A stretch of 64,000 nt of DNA from Bdellovibrionales bacterium (GCA_965200875.1 OZ241456.1:1664001-1728000); one strand, 5' to 3'. Shown: positions 46,865 through 57,950, counted from the stretch's first letter. Numbers and translations are program-made. The notes: generated from the letters alone by a model not told the origin.

Positions 46865-48952
46865 ATGAGTTTAAAAATAAAAAAATTTGGAAAATTCAAA
46901 TTATTAAAGCAAGTTGCCAGAGGAGGTATGGCTGAAATTTTCCTAGCTTCTTCAGGCTCTGTTGAGAGTGTGCATAAATTTGTGGTGATAAAGAGAGTAT
47001 TGCTGGCCCACTCACATAATAAAGAATTTAAGAAAATGTTTCACACCGAGGGGAAAATTGCTGTTAACCTTAATCACAGCAATATCTGCTCCATTCATGA
47101 GTTTGGAATGGTAGATGACCAGTATTTTATCTGTATGGAATATATTTCCGGTAGAAATATACGTCAGCTGGTGAAAAAATTAAAAAGCCAGAAAAAAGCT
47201 CTTGATGTGGCTTTATGCGCCTATATTATAAAACATACATGTAATGGTCTGGATTATGCTCATAATTGCACAGACAACATAACCGGTCAGCCCTTCAATA
47301 TTATCCATCGTGATATCAGTCCCCAAAATATAATGGTGAGTTTTGATGGTGATGTAAAAATCATTGATTTTGGTATAGCCAAGATAGATGACTCTGAAGC
47401 CACAAAAGTTGGAGTCTTAAAAGGAAAGTTTGAATACATGAGTCCCGAACAGGCCAGAGGCAAGCCTTTGGATCGGCAAACAGATATTTTCTCATTAGGG
47501 AATGTTTTATGGGAAATGCTTGCAGGAAGAAAATTATTTACAGGCGCCAACGAGATTCAGCTTCTAAAAAAAATCAGAGATTGTCAAATTCCGAACTTAA
47601 AAAAAATCAATCCAAATGTCCCACAAAGGCTATTGGAAATAACAAATAAAGCTTTGAGTGCGAATAAAAACTTAAGGTATAAATCCGCCGCAGAAATGGG
47701 CAGTGATATTTCCGTTTTTTTGAATAAAACTTATCCTGATTTTACACATAATAATTTTAGCAAATGTATAAAGGAAGTATATGTAGAGGAAATGTTAGAA
47801 GAAAGAAATAACCGAAAAGCTTATTCCCAGGCTTTAATGTCAAAAAAACTAAGGCCAACCAGTGGAATAATGTCTCAGTCTTTACGGAATCAGACTATTG
47901 CTCAAAGCCGATCCACTTTCATAGGGTATAAGGAGAAATTGGATAAAGATGATGAAGAGGAAAATATCGGAACAAAATACGATGACTCTCAAATTACCAT
48001 CCGAAAAGATAGTCTTTCTGTCCCGCAAAATCATACTGTTACAGAAACAGATATGGAAACATCTGCAAGCCAATCTCAGGATATTACAAGAACAGAGTTT
48101 GCAGATGAACTGGAACATAACAATGTGTCCACAGTATATACAAAATACGAACAACACTCTCAATCAGGCAAAAAACAAAAAATCTCCATGACCTCAGATG
48201 GATACAGGAATACCATTACGACTGCTACATTGAATGGCAATGGCAATGGCAATGGCAATGGCAATAGTGAAAACTCAAATGTATTATCCAATACTTATGA
48301 CCCTTTTTTAAAAGTCAAAAACTCCGATTTATCTTCTGTTTCGCAAGTTTCCACCAGACACCGGAGAACCAAACATAAAAAGAGAAACATTTTTCGAAGA
48401 ATGATAATCGGAATATTGGCTTTAGGAATGATAGGTACTGCCTACACTTTTCGGAGTAATATTAAACCGTATGTTGTTGATATACTGCAAAAGTTGGATC
48501 AGTTAATGCCTGAAGATCTAACTTTTTCACGACCTGAAAAATCTGCCTCCTCAAACCTTGATGATGCGCAATCAAAATCCAATGTTCAAAACTTGAATAA
48601 GAAGTCAGATTTTCCTTCAAACCAGAGACAGGCTTTAAAACCCACAAAAGCGGAAAGACAACCAACAGCTATTGATAATAATTTACAGAGTGTAATGGAA
48701 AAAACCGTTTTTATCAGCACAGAACCTTCCGGTGCTCATATTTTTATTAACGATAAAAATGTGAAAAGTCTTACACCAACCTCGATAGTGGTGAATGTCA
48801 ATAATACCGTTCATTTAACTCTTAAAAGAGATGGGTATAAGGATAAAAAAGTGGTTTTGTCACCTCATTCCATTAACAAAGGAACGGCACACTTTTCTTT
48901 GCTCAAAAGCAATAACAGGAAACGAAGAGATGAAACCATTATTCTTCGTTAA
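46865..48952 (+). CDS. Hanks-type Ser/Thr kinase with TM and PEGA domain
   Basis: GGMAEIF, VVIKR, HRDISPQN, DFG, YMSPEQ; STEPSGAHIFIN..TP; (AATGGC)5 at 48233-48262. Confidence 0.93.
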   Translation: MSLKIKKFGKFKLLKQVARGGMAEIFLASSGSVESVHKFVVIKRVLLAHSHNKEFKKMFHTEGKIAVNLNHSNICSIHEFGMVDDQYFICMEYISGRNIRQLVKKLKSQKKALDVALCAYIIKHTCNGLDYAHNCTDNITGQPFNIIHRDISPQNIMVSFDGDVKIIDFGIAKIDDSEATKVGVLKGKFEYMSPEQARGKPLDRQTDIFSLGNVLWEMLAGRKLFTGANEIQLLKKIRDCQIPNLKKINPNVPQRLLEITNKALSANKNLRYKSAAEMGSDISVFLNKTYPDFTHNNFSKCIKEVYVEEMLEERNNRKAYSQALMSKKLRPTSGIMSQSLRNQTIAQSRSTFIGYKEKLDKDDEEENIGTKYDDSQITIRKDSLSVPQNHTVTETDMETSASQSQDITRTEFADELEHNNVSTVYTKYEQHSQSGKKQKISMTSDGYRNTITTATLNGNGNGNGNGNSENSNVLSNTYDPFLKVKNSDLSSVSQVSTRHRRTKHKKRNIFRRMIIGILALGMIGTAYTFRSNIKPYVVDILQKLDQLMPEDLTFSRPEKSASSNLDDAQSKSNVQNLNKKSDFPSNQRQALKPTKAERQPTAIDNNLQSVMEKTVFISTEPSGAHIFINDKNVKSLTPTSIVVNVNNTVHLTLKRDGYKDKKVVLSPHSINKGTAHFSLLKSNNRKRRDETIILR

Positions 48953-48986
48953 TATAATTAATGGCTTAATAAAAAGGAGATGAGCT

Positions 48987-49454
48987 TTGATACAGTTATT
49001 CATATTAATTTTTATTTGTTTTTCCGCCTGCATGAAAAATTTTGGATTAGGAGAAAGCACACAACACTGTAGCCTTTATCAGTATAACCAAGAAAATGGG
49101 GTATGGATAGATTCTTTTGGACAACAGGTGACATGCACTATTGTTGATAACAATCGCATATTTCCCTATTATCCAGGGGAAGGCTGTGATTATTGGAGGG
49201 AGTTTTACAGTATAGATCCAACTGTTAAATTTGCAGAGGTTCCTATAAAAGTGGGTTCAGGAGCGCATGCTATTGGCCAGACTTATTGCGTAAAGCAACG
49301 GTATATCAGTAAGGATAACTCGGGACAAGTGTTATTGATAGATGAAGGGGTTTTTTGCTTAAGGGCGCATCCCTCTATCGAAAAAGAGTGGATATTTTCC
49401 AGCTGTGAAGGGGTTCAGAAAAAAAATCCCAATGCAGAAGAAACAGGATCTTAA
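48987..49454 (+). CDS. Cys-rich lipoprotein
   Basis: AAGGAG RBS, lipobox FSAC, several mature cysteines. Confidence 0.7.
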   Translation: MIQLFILIFICFSACMKNFGLGESTQHCSLYQYNQENGVWIDSFGQQVTCTIVDNNRIFPYYPGEGCDYWREFYSIDPTVKFAEVPIKVGSGAHAIGQTYCVKQRYISKDNSGQVLLIDEGVFCLRAHPSIEKEWIFSSCEGVQKKNPNAEETGS

Positions 49455-49479
49455 AGCTTTTCGCCGGTTAAAATAAAAA

Positions 49480-50373
49480 TCATTGAGAAAACTTTAATTT
49501 ATCTTTTAAAAGTAAAAAGTCGTTGTGGCTTGTCTTTCTCAGAGTTCTGTGTTTTTTAAGAGCTTTTTTCATTTTTACCAAGTGCTTATTTGAAATTTGT
49601 GCTCTTTTTTTTCCGTCAATAGTTAGAAAGACACTTTGGTTTTTACTGTTGACTGTAAAAGACATTTCACAGGTGTTCGGGACAATGACAGGGCGATTTG
49701 TCAGGCTGTGAGAGCATATAGGAGTGATGGAAAACGCATTTACCTGAGGATGCAAGATAGGCCCTCCTGCGGCCAAATTATAAGCCGTGGAACCGGTGGG
49801 GGAAGAGACAATCAATCCATCTGATTTTACAGAGTAAATATTTTGATTTTGAATGGCGACGGAAATATTGATTAAATGACTGAAAGCCCCTCTTTCAATC
49901 ACCATATCGTTAAGAGCTAGGAATGTATCCTCCCGATCTGTTTCCCCTTTTACGGAAACTTTAAGGAGTGCTCTTTCTTCTTCTTTCATTTCTCCTTTCA
50001 GGATGGATTTTAAACAGGAAATAATGGATTCTTGGCGGTGGACAGTTAAAAAACCAAAAGAACCCATGTTGATACCTAAAAATGGAACACTGTGGTTGGA
50101 AACAGATTGCACTGCTTGTAAATATGTGCCATCTCCACCCAACACAATCGCCAGATCGATATCAAAATCAAGAGGAGGTCTTTTTGCCAAAGAGGACTGA
50201 GAAAAAGTTTTTATGTTAATGTTATGCTCTTTTAGCCACTTTTCTGTTTGGCGAACCGTCTGTATGATGTATGACGAGTTATCTCTATACACAATCACTG
50301 CGACTTTAACAGTTTTTTTAAAAAAATCAGTTTGTGTCAATGGTTGTCTCTCAAAAGTTCTTTTGGTTTTCAA
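49480..50373 (-). CDS. nadK: NAD kinase
   Basis: LGGDGT, GFLT, LND, DGLIVSSPTGSTAYNLAAGGP. Confidence 0.95.
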   Translation of the reverse strand: MKTKRTFERQPLTQTDFFKKTVKVAVIVYRDNSSYIIQTVRQTEKWLKEHNINIKTFSQSSLAKRPPLDFDIDLAIVLGGDGTYLQAVQSVSNHSVPFLGINMGSFGFLTVHRQESIISCLKSILKGEMKEEERALLKVSVKGETDREDTFLALNDMVIERGAFSHLINISVAIQNQNIYSVKSDGLIVSSPTGSTAYNLAAGGPILHPQVNAFSITPICSHSLTNRPVIVPNTCEMSFTVNSKNQSVFLTIDGKKRAQISNKHLVKMKKALKKHRTLRKTSHNDFLLLKDKLKFSQ

Positions 50374-50446
50374 AGTTTTCCGGCTTTAATGTGTTTTAAG
50401 TTTAAACCCACTCGCTTTGAGAGTCTTCAACCCTTATAAAGAGGAA

Positions 50447-51916
50447 TCAAAGCCGTTTCGATTTAAACAAACTTATAAAACTGGATTTATGTTTTTCAAA
50501 AGGAGCGGATCTTTGTTTTTTTGTTTTCTCACGCTTTTCGGGGATATTCAGGCTTAGCTGTTTCGGATCTTTGTTTTCCAGTTCCTGTTTTTTTATTTGA
50601 TCCTGCCAAGCTCGTGCTTTTTCCATTAAAATATCTTTTGGCAGTTTTTTTTTATCCATTGGTTCATTATTGATTTTCGGAGACAAAGTTATTTTATTCA
50701 CAGATGATATATCTAGGGGTTCTGAATTATCATTTTGACCAAACTGTTTCGGATTCGAATTATTATTCTCCTCTTTGGACAAACGACAGGCAGGTTTGGA
50801 AAACGGCAAGTCGATTTTAGTTGAAACATTTTGTTTCGGTTTTTTTGCAATTTTTTCCGATTCCGAGTTTGATTTATTTTCTGCCAAAATAGGGGGAGAG
50901 TTTTCAGTGGGAGGCTCACTTCTTTTCGAACCAATTTTGGTTGAGCTTTCCGGGCTTTCAAAGCCTGTGGCGATGACAGTCACTTTCACTTCGTCTGATG
51001 GGTCATTGGAATCAACTATAGCTCCAAAAATAATTTCCGCATCAGGATGAGCTTCTGAAGTGATGAGTTCTGCAGTTTCGCTGACCTCTTTTAAAGAAAG
51101 ATCAGGCCCTCCTGTAATATTGATAATCAAGCCCGATGCCCCTTTAAAGGAAGTATCTTCCAACAGAGGAGAAGATATAGCTATTTGCCCGGCAGATAAA
51201 GCTCTGTTTTCTCCTTTGGCGGAACCTGCTCCTATAATAGCCAAGCCTTTTTCCGACATGATTGTTTTTATGTCTGCAAAATCCAAATTAATTAAACCTC
51301 TTTCGTTTATTAAATCCACAATGCTTCGTACCGCTTTTAATAAAATATTATCCACACTTTTGAAAGCGGATAACAAAGAGGTGCTTTCGTCTGCGGTTTT
51401 TAGAAGTTTTTGATTGGGGATAACAATCAATGTATCTACATTTTCCTTTAGAAACTGGATTCCCATTTCCGCATGCCGGCTTCTTCTGTGGCCTTCAAAA
51501 AAGAAAGGACGAGTAACCACTCCTACAGTTAAAGATCCTTGTTCTTTGGCAATACGAGCAATGACACCCGCTGAACCAGTACCTGTGCCTCCTCCCATAC
51601 CAGCAGTGATAAACACCATGTCAGCACCTTTTAAAGCTGTCATTATTTCATCGCAGGATTCAATGGCAGCCTGCCTGCCGATTTCCGGGTTAGCACCCGC
51701 GCCCAAACCTTTTGTGAGCTTGGCACCCAGCTGAATGGCGCAGTCCAAATTTCCATGTTCTTCCAAGGCCTGGAGATCTGTATTTGCGACGATAAAATGC
51801 ACACCCTTTAAACCAGCTTGATACATGGTTTTAAGAGCATTACCTCCTCCCCCGCCAATACCAACGATTTTTATGTTGGCTCTGGATTTTATAGCTTCTT
51901 CATCAATTTGAAACAT
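50447..51916 (-). CDS. ftsZ: Cell division protein FtsZ with long C-terminal linker
   Basis: GGGGGNA, GLGAGANP, GMGGGTGTG, NLDFAD, VTVIATG; start moved to 51916. Confidence 0.97.
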   Translation of the reverse strand: MFQIDEEAIKSRANIKIVGIGGGGGNALKTMYQAGLKGVHFIVANTDLQALEEHGNLDCAIQLGAKLTKGLGAGANPEIGRQAAIESCDEIMTALKGADMVFITAGMGGGTGTGSAGVIARIAKEQGSLTVGVVTRPFFFEGHRRSRHAEMGIQFLKENVDTLIVIPNQKLLKTADESTSLLSAFKSVDNILLKAVRSIVDLINERGLINLDFADIKTIMSEKGLAIIGAGSAKGENRALSAGQIAISSPLLEDTSFKGASGLIINITGGPDLSLKEVSETAELITSEAHPDAEIIFGAIVDSNDPSDEVKVTVIATGFESPESSTKIGSKRSEPPTENSPPILAENKSNSESEKIAKKPKQNVSTKIDLPFSKPACRLSKEENNNSNPKQFGQNDNSEPLDISSVNKITLSPKINNEPMDKKKLPKDILMEKARAWQDQIKKQELENKDPKQLSLNIPEKREKTKKQRSAPFEKHKSSFISLFKSKRL

Positions 51917-51927
51917 AATGTCCTTTG

Positions 51928-53148
51928 TCAGGTAAAAACATCCTGTACCCATCTTTTAATTTTTAAAGCTCTGCCATCTGGATAATGCGAACGATAATCC
52001 AATGTTTTTTCGTTTTGAGTATAGCATAAAATTCCTAAAGCTGTTGCAAACTCATTCTTGTTTTCAATTTCACTAAGGCCAGGAAACTGTTTGATAATTG
52101 CTTTTTTTACAGGTTTTTCCATAAGAGCACGTCCTGTTTCTGCAAGGCCTTTTAAAGAGCTTCCTCCTCCTGTTAAAATGAAACCTTCCTCCAGACGATT
52201 GAAATAAGCCAAAGATTCCAATTGGGCTTTTGCGGATTCAAAAAGCAGTTCCGCCCGTGCGGTTAAAATGGCATTTATTTTTTCCAGACTGGTATTAATT
52301 TCCCATTTTTTCAGTTCTTCTAGGGTTTTATCGTTATCCCATTCAGTACCCCGTAAAATATTTCCATATTCTTTTTTTATGTGTTCAGCTATGTCTCTGG
52401 GTATTTTTAATTCCGCCATCAGGTCATGTGTAAAATCCTCTCCCCCTATGGGCAGAAGGCCAATATAATGAACGCGAGAATTAATCACGACGGTAAAGCA
52501 GGTTTGGTCTTGTCCAATATCTAGGACACATATCCCGGATTTTTTTTCACTTTCATTTAATAGGGATAAACTGGTCGCGAAAGGTTGCAGTACAAGACCT
52601 TTTGCGGAATAGCCGGCATACCGTAAACATTGAAGTGCATTTTGCACATTGGTTTCCGGGACAGAGATCATGATCACAGAGGTTTCCAGTCGCAAACCGG
52701 ATAAACCCAAAGGATTAAAAAAAGGACCTTCTCTATCTACCGTAAAGCTTTTAGGAAGAACATGTAACAAACGATGATTAGTGGGCAGAGGAACCGCTTT
52801 TGCCGTTTCCACCGCTTTATTCAGATCATCAAGAGTAACTTGGCCAGAGGATATAATAGACATTCCCTGTGAGGAAAAAGTGTGATAATCCCCGCTGATT
52901 CCCAAAAAGATCTGGGAAACTTGCAACCCCGCCATGACCTCAGCCTCTTCTATGGCTTGTTGAAGAGCACCAGCAGTTTCTTTCATATTGACAATACGCC
53001 CTTTATAAAGCCCCTTATGAGGAACACGGGAAGTTCCCTCCAAAGTAAGAGAACCGGAAGAAAGAGAACCAATCAGACATCTAACACTTACAGCACCTAA
53101 ATCAATGCCTGCAACTGCTTTTTTGTCTTCAATGTTAAAACGGCCCAT
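51928..53148 (-). CDS. ftsA: Cell division protein FtsA
   Basis: GIDLG, AEVMAG, LDIG, LTGGGS, FATALG; between ftsQ and ftsZ. Confidence 0.94.
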   Translation of the reverse strand: MGRFNIEDKKAVAGIDLGAVSVRCLIGSLSSGSLTLEGTSRVPHKGLYKGRIVNMKETAGALQQAIEEAEVMAGLQVSQIFLGISGDYHTFSSQGMSIISSGQVTLDDLNKAVETAKAVPLPTNHRLLHVLPKSFTVDREGPFFNPLGLSGLRLETSVIMISVPETNVQNALQCLRYAGYSAKGLVLQPFATSLSLLNESEKKSGICVLDIGQDQTCFTVVINSRVHYIGLLPIGGEDFTHDLMAELKIPRDIAEHIKKEYGNILRGTEWDNDKTLEELKKWEINTSLEKINAILTARAELLFESAKAQLESLAYFNRLEEGFILTGGGSSLKGLAETGRALMEKPVKKAIIKQFPGLSEIENKNEFATALGILCYTQNEKTLDYRSHYPDGRALKIKRWVQDVFT

Positions 53149-53180
53149 AAATAAAATATCCTTATTGGTTTTTTTTAAGG

Positions 53181-53960
53181 TTAGATGGCCTTGCCTGTAC
53201 TCACAACAATTTTTTGAGAGAATCGTGCATCAATAACGCGCCATTTAATATTTTTTTGATTCAAATACCTTAAGACGCTATCAATTCTTTTGTTTTTTAG
53301 TTGCGTTGGGTCATAACCGGCTTTTATAGGCTTTCCATTTTTGGATAAAATGAAAGTCAGACTTTTTTCCTGATGGGAGTATTTTATTTCTGAAATCTCC
53401 TGACGGCTAAAAGCCCCTTGTTCCGGCATAATGGAAAGAAAGCGAATAGCTTGTTCCCGGATTTTACTTTGTGTTAAAAAAACCGCTCCTCTCAATATAG
53501 GGAGGTCGGGAATCTGGTTAAAAGACAGGGGAGCTAGTATTTGTCCACTCATGGAGAGAGGGTGTATTTTTTCGCTGGAAGGGTTTAAAAACACCAATAA
53601 AGGCCTTCTGGGCTTTATTTGCACAAAAAAACGGTTGGGAAACAATCTAAGTATTTTTACCTCACCCACTCTGGGTTCGGAAACAAGCACCTGCATTAAA
53701 TCCTCCAGAGAAACTTGCCATAATTTTCTTCCAATAAACGGTCTTAGTTTTTTAGATAACAGAGATTGGATCTTATTTTTAGGGCTTTCCCATACGGGTG
53801 ATTCTTCAAGCTTCAGCTGAATTTCCCCAACAATAAACCATTTATGCAATCCATAAAAGGAAAATCCCAGCAAAAACAAAACCACTGAAATCAATACAAT
53901 ACTTATTACATATTTGTTGAGGATTTTCATATTTTTTAACCTCTTTGGTTTAAGGACCAT
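53181..53960 (-). CDS. ftsQ: Cell division protein FtsQ/DivIB
   Basis: Single TM, POTRA-like RLFPN, C-terminal IDARF; between ddl and ftsA. Confidence 0.82.
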   Translation of the reverse strand: MVLKPKRLKNMKILNKYVISIVLISVVLFLLGFSFYGLHKWFIVGEIQLKLEESPVWESPKNKIQSLLSKKLRPFIGRKLWQVSLEDLMQVLVSEPRVGEVKILRLFPNRFFVQIKPRRPLLVFLNPSSEKIHPLSMSGQILAPLSFNQIPDLPILRGAVFLTQSKIREQAIRFLSIMPEQGAFSRQEISEIKYSHQEKSLTFILSKNGKPIKAGYDPTQLKNKRIDSVLRYLNQKNIKWRVIDARFSQKIVVSTGKAI

Positions 53961-54022
53961 ATATTTATTTTTATTCCACAGTTCATGGGAATCAGCAAGT
54001 CCATCGGTAAAAAGAATTTTCT

Positions 54023-54952
54023 TTATCTGTAGTCCAAGGAAGCACCTTCCAGAATTTTTAATATCAGATTATTAAAATCAATGCCTTCATGTTTTGCCGA
54101 CTTAGGGAGTAGGGAATGAGTGGTAAGTCCTGGAAGAGTGTTGATTTCTGTTAACAGAGGATTGGCGCAGTGCTCCACAATAAAATCCACCCGGCAATAA
54201 GTTCTAACATCTGAAAGGCTGGCGGTTTTACAGGCTATATCCTTACATTTTTTTAAGGTTTTTTTATCCAGCCCGGGAGGAAGGATATATTGTGTTTTTT
54301 TTGATTTGTATTTACTGTTGTAGTCGTAAAATCCCTCTTCCGGTAAAATTTCCACGGGAGTAAGAGCTTTTCCTTTGAGAACAGACACGGCTATTTCCAT
54401 TCCTTCAATGTAGGATTCCACCAAAATTTTTTTGTCATATTGTAAGGCCATTTTGAGAGCTGGTTCCACTTCCTTCTTTTTTTTGCAAATGCCAATACCC
54501 AAAGTGGAACCTTCTCTGGCAGGTTTTATAACAAAAGGCAGGGGAAGAGTGATTTGTGCCTCTTTTTCGCTTTGCTTTTCCAAATTCAAATTTTGATAGC
54601 GAGGAGTGGGGATATTCCATTTTTTGATATAATCCTTGAAAAAACACTTATCCATACAAAGGGTACTGGCTAATACTCCACTTCCTGTATAAGGGATTTT
54701 TAAATATTCAAAAATTCCTTGTAAAGTGCCGTCTTCCGCGTATTTTCCATGAACAGCTAGAAATGCCATGTCCGGTTTTAAAACAGATAATTTTTTTAAG
54801 AGATTTTTGTCAGCGAAAATAGTCGCATAATGTATATTCAGCTCTTTAAACGCCTGCGACACGGCCCGAGCGGACATAAGGCTTATTTCATTTTCTGCCC
54901 CCAGACCTCCCTGGACAAGGGCTATTGTTTTTTTTTTATATCTCTGAGTCAT
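54023..54952 (-). CDS. ddl: D-alanine--D-alanine ligase
   Basis: GG..E.EISL.S, HG..AEDG, KP..EGS, YDY..KY, EINTLPG. Confidence 0.96.
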   Translation of the reverse strand: MTQRYKKKTIALVQGGLGAENEISLMSARAVSQAFKELNIHYATIFADKNLLKKLSVLKPDMAFLAVHGKYAEDGTLQGIFEYLKIPYTGSGVLASTLCMDKCFFKDYIKKWNIPTPRYQNLNLEKQSEKEAQITLPLPFVIKPAREGSTLGIGICKKKKEVEPALKMALQYDKKILVESYIEGMEIAVSVLKGKALTPVEILPEEGFYDYNSKYKSKKTQYILPPGLDKKTLKKCKDIACKTASLSDVRTYCRVDFIVEHCANPLLTEINTLPGLTTHSLLPKSAKHEGIDFNNLILKILEGASLDYR

Positions 54953-55062
54953 GTTCTTCAGTCTATCAGTTTGTTGGGATTTTTTTCAGATTTTTTTAGC
55001 TAAACCGGCCTTGAAAAAATCCCTTTGGCGGGCCTGAAAACCTTTTATTATAAGGGGGGATC

Positions 55063-55572
55063 TTACCATTTAGATATCCAGCCAACAAACCAGATATTTC
55101 CAAAGAGATCATGGCAGTTACAAGGCTCTCCCACTGGTCTGATATTTGTTGCACAATAGAACACACCTTGTCGGCAGATAGCACTCCATTCCAGTGGCAC
55201 CACTGGCACTATAGGCCCTATTATAATTGGTGGGTTATAATTATGACTGTGAGGGTGGGTATGGTGGTGGTAGTGTCCACTGCAACCATCGTGACCGCCG
55301 TGGTATCTTCTACAGCTTCCATGAGCCAGCTTTATTTCTTCTTCTGTTTGTTGTTTTAATGTATCCTCTGTATTCTCGAAATACCTTGGATCATCATCTT
55401 CGTATAGCTCATCTCCCATTGTATGCAGTGGGGCAGTTTCTACAACAGCAGGCAGATTTTCTGCGTCTGTATCGTGAAATCTCACTTCCACCATGCCACC
55501 AGCTTGAGCTGGAGAGTAACCAAATTGGATATAAATCAAGGTGATAAATAAAAACAAACCGGTTTTTTTCAT
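55063..55572 (-). CDS. Secreted His/Cys-rich hypothetical protein
   Basis: Signal peptide ending AQA, AAGGAG RBS, HYHHHTHPHSH tract, C-terminal four-Cys module. Confidence 0.75.
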   Translation of the reverse strand: MKKTGLFLFITLIYIQFGYSPAQAGGMVEVRFHDTDAENLPAVVETAPLHTMGDELYEDDDPRYFENTEDTLKQQTEEEIKLAHGSCRRYHGGHDGCSGHYHHHTHPHSHNYNPPIIIGPIVPVVPLEWSAICRQGVFYCATNIRPVGEPCNCHDLFGNIWFVGWISKW

Positions 55573-55907
55573 ATTTTAACTCCTTTTATGAACTTTGACT
55601 CCACTGCCAGAAAAAATCCATAAATTTTCCGGAAGAGAATTTTTTATACATTATTTTTTTATAAACTGCCAGTTTATATTAAAAATAATTTTAGTATGGA
55701 AACTCTTTGAGTGTACTTTTTTCACCTTTGTTTATTATTTGTTCGTTACCCAATCACCCGAAAGCGATGGTTTTGACTATTGTCACATTATCTGAATATC
55801 CAAAAACCTCTAAAGGATGATATAAAAGCCTTCAGTCAGGTATAATGCGAATTTCTGGAAATCTGATTTTCATATTCCTATTTTGAGGATTTAAAAAAAG
55901 TAAGGAA

Positions 55908-56629
55908 TCAAAAAGATAGTTTTGTATTATTATCTGAATCTTTATATCGCTTTAATGCGTCTTCTGTAATATTTATATTAATTTTGCTTTCTGTTTTTTT
56001 CTTAATAGTTTTGAAAAAGTGTCGATACTTGTAATTTATTTTACAAATTAAAGTGTGTTCCCCATCCTCCATTTTAATATTGGATAAAATATCAGTGGAA
56101 TGTTTATTTAAAGCATCATTAAGAAACTTTTGTTTTTGTGATTTTTCTTTTTCAGTGCTTGTTGAAGGGGAATAAATAAACTTTTTATAATTTTCATATA
56201 ATTCTTGCCAAACTTTATTAATACTTTCTTTACTTCCTGTAATACAACATTGTATTAAAAGCTCTTTGCTTTCATCAGGTTTTAATAAAAACTCTGGGCT
56301 GGATTTTGGCAAATAAAAAGAAGCTACAGAAACTTCATTGACTGTGATTAAGAATCCAAAAGTTCTTTTAGAGGTTTATCATTTAAAGAAACTTCAGAAA
56401 CAATGCAGTTATTTTTGTCTACATAAAGTTTTTTGACCATTACATTTTCATTCCAAATTAAACTTTGAAATTTATCTTTGCTGGATAAAATATTAAGGTC
56501 TTTAATTCTTATGGGGCGATCTTCTTCTGCCGTCATAAAAATACTTCCGCTGATGATTTGGTTGACAAGCATTTTTTCTGGTTGCCTTTCAAACAAAGCA
56601 TTTAAGTTTTGTACACTTCTTGATTTCAT
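55908..56629 (-). pseudogene. Possible frameshifted hypothetical gene (93-aa and 134-aa ORFs)
   Basis: The second frame is open across the first ORF's stop (~56376-56348); one extra base gives a continuous ..KELLDFLITVNEVSVASFYLPKS.. Confidence 0.4.
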
Positions 56630-56922
56630 AATTAAACATATAATTTTTTAATGATTTAACTTCAAAAATTTAAAGCTTCAAAAGTGAATTGTCAAATAAT
56701 TTTTCTTTATAAATTACAAAAGTCCATGCTGTGCCCTTTAAAAAAGCAGTTTTTAAAGCATATTCCAGCCTTTCACCCCTGCTTTCAGTAAAACAAGCTT
56801 TTACAAGAACAAACCTTTGGCCGGAACAACAGTAAAAAAACAAGCAACAGTAAAAAAACAAGAAAGCTAAAGATAACTATACTCTACTCTTTTTAAAAAA
56901 ATCAGCATAGGGGGAGAGGTAG

Positions 56923-56987
56923 CTCTGTAACAACTCTCAGGAAAGGTTTGAAATAGCAGGGGCTACTCTGTAACAACTCTCAGGAAA
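56923..56987. repeat. 22-bp direct repeat upstream of the coiled-coil array; also an 18-bp tandem at 56827-56862
   Basis: CTCTGTAACAACTCTCAGGAAA at 56923-56944 and 56966-56987; CAACAGTAAAAAAACAAG x2. Confidence 0.85.
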
Positions 56988-57051
56988 AGTCAGTAATAAG
57001 CTTCTTTTTGTAAAGCAACCGGTGTAACAAAACAACAGCAAAAAAACCAAC

Positions 57052-57080
57052 TTGACTTTTCGACTATCCTCTGATATTCA
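57052..57080 (+). promoter_or_regulatory. Candidate sigma70 promoter, repeated before each of the six array genes
   Basis: TTGACT-17 bp-TATTCA with TG extension; same block upstream of every copy. Confidence 0.5.
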
Positions 57081-57089
57081 TTACTCACT

Positions 57090-57446
57090 ATGGCTACTGC
57101 TTTAATCAAACAAGTGCAATATCTTAAAGAAAATGGCTTCACAGAACAACAAGCCAATACCTTGATCTATTTCCAAAGAGATCATATTGAACATGTAATG
57201 GCCACTAAGAAAGACCTCGCTGAAGTTCACGCCAACTTAAAAAAAGATATCGAGTATGTCAAAAAAGACATCGAACAACTGCGCGCCGATACCAAAAAAG
57301 ACATCGCAGAGGTCAAAAAAGAGATCGAACTTCTGCGCACGGAAACTAAAAAAGATATGGCTCTCTTAAAAAAAGACATGATTTTAAAACTTTCTGCTAT
57401 CATGGGTAGTATGATTACCATCGCTTGTATCGTAATTAAACTTTAA
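57090..57446 (+). CDS. CCDC90/DUF1640-like membrane-anchored coiled-coil protein, copy 1
   Basis: LKENGFTEQQA head, MATKKDL neck, stalk modules 7-11-7-11-7, variant C-terminal TM. Confidence 0.85.
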   Translation: MATALIKQVQYLKENGFTEQQANTLIYFQRDHIEHVMATKKDLAEVHANLKKDIEYVKKDIEQLRADTKKDIAEVKKEIELLRTETKKDMALLKKDMILKLSAIMGSMITIACIVIKL

Positions 57447-57608
57447 ACTAAGTGGTAAAAGTCAGCGACTGACTTTGACTATGTAAATTCTGCGCAGGAA
57501 AAGTCAACGACTGGTTTTTCTTGTAAAGCAACCGGTGTAACAAAACCACAACAACAGCAAAAAAATCAACTTGACTTTTCGACTATCCTCTGATATTCAT
57601 TACTCACT

Positions 57609-57950
57609 ATGGCTACTGCTTTAATCAAACAAGTGCAATATCTTAAAGAAAATGGCTTCACAGAACAACAAGCCAATACCCTGATCTATTTCCAAAGAGA
57701 TCATATTGAACATGTAATGGCCACTAAGAAAGACCTTGCTGAAGTACACGCCAACTTAAAAAAAGACATCGAGTATGTCAAAAAAGACATTGAATATCTG
57801 CGTATGGAAACTAAAAAAGATATTGAATATCTGCGCACGGAAACTAAAAAAGATATCGCAGAAATCAAAAAAGACTTGATACTAAAACTTTCAGTGATTA
57901 TGGGAAGTATGATTACCATTGCGGGGGTTCTCTTAGGATTCCTGAATTAA
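57609..57950 (+). CDS. CCDC90/DUF1640-like protein, copy 2
   Basis: Same head; stalk 7-11-11-7. Confidence 0.85.
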   Translation: MATALIKQVQYLKENGFTEQQANTLIYFQRDHIEHVMATKKDLAEVHANLKKDIEYVKKDIEYLRMETKKDIEYLRTETKKDIAEIKKDLILKLSVIMGSMITIAGVLLGFLN

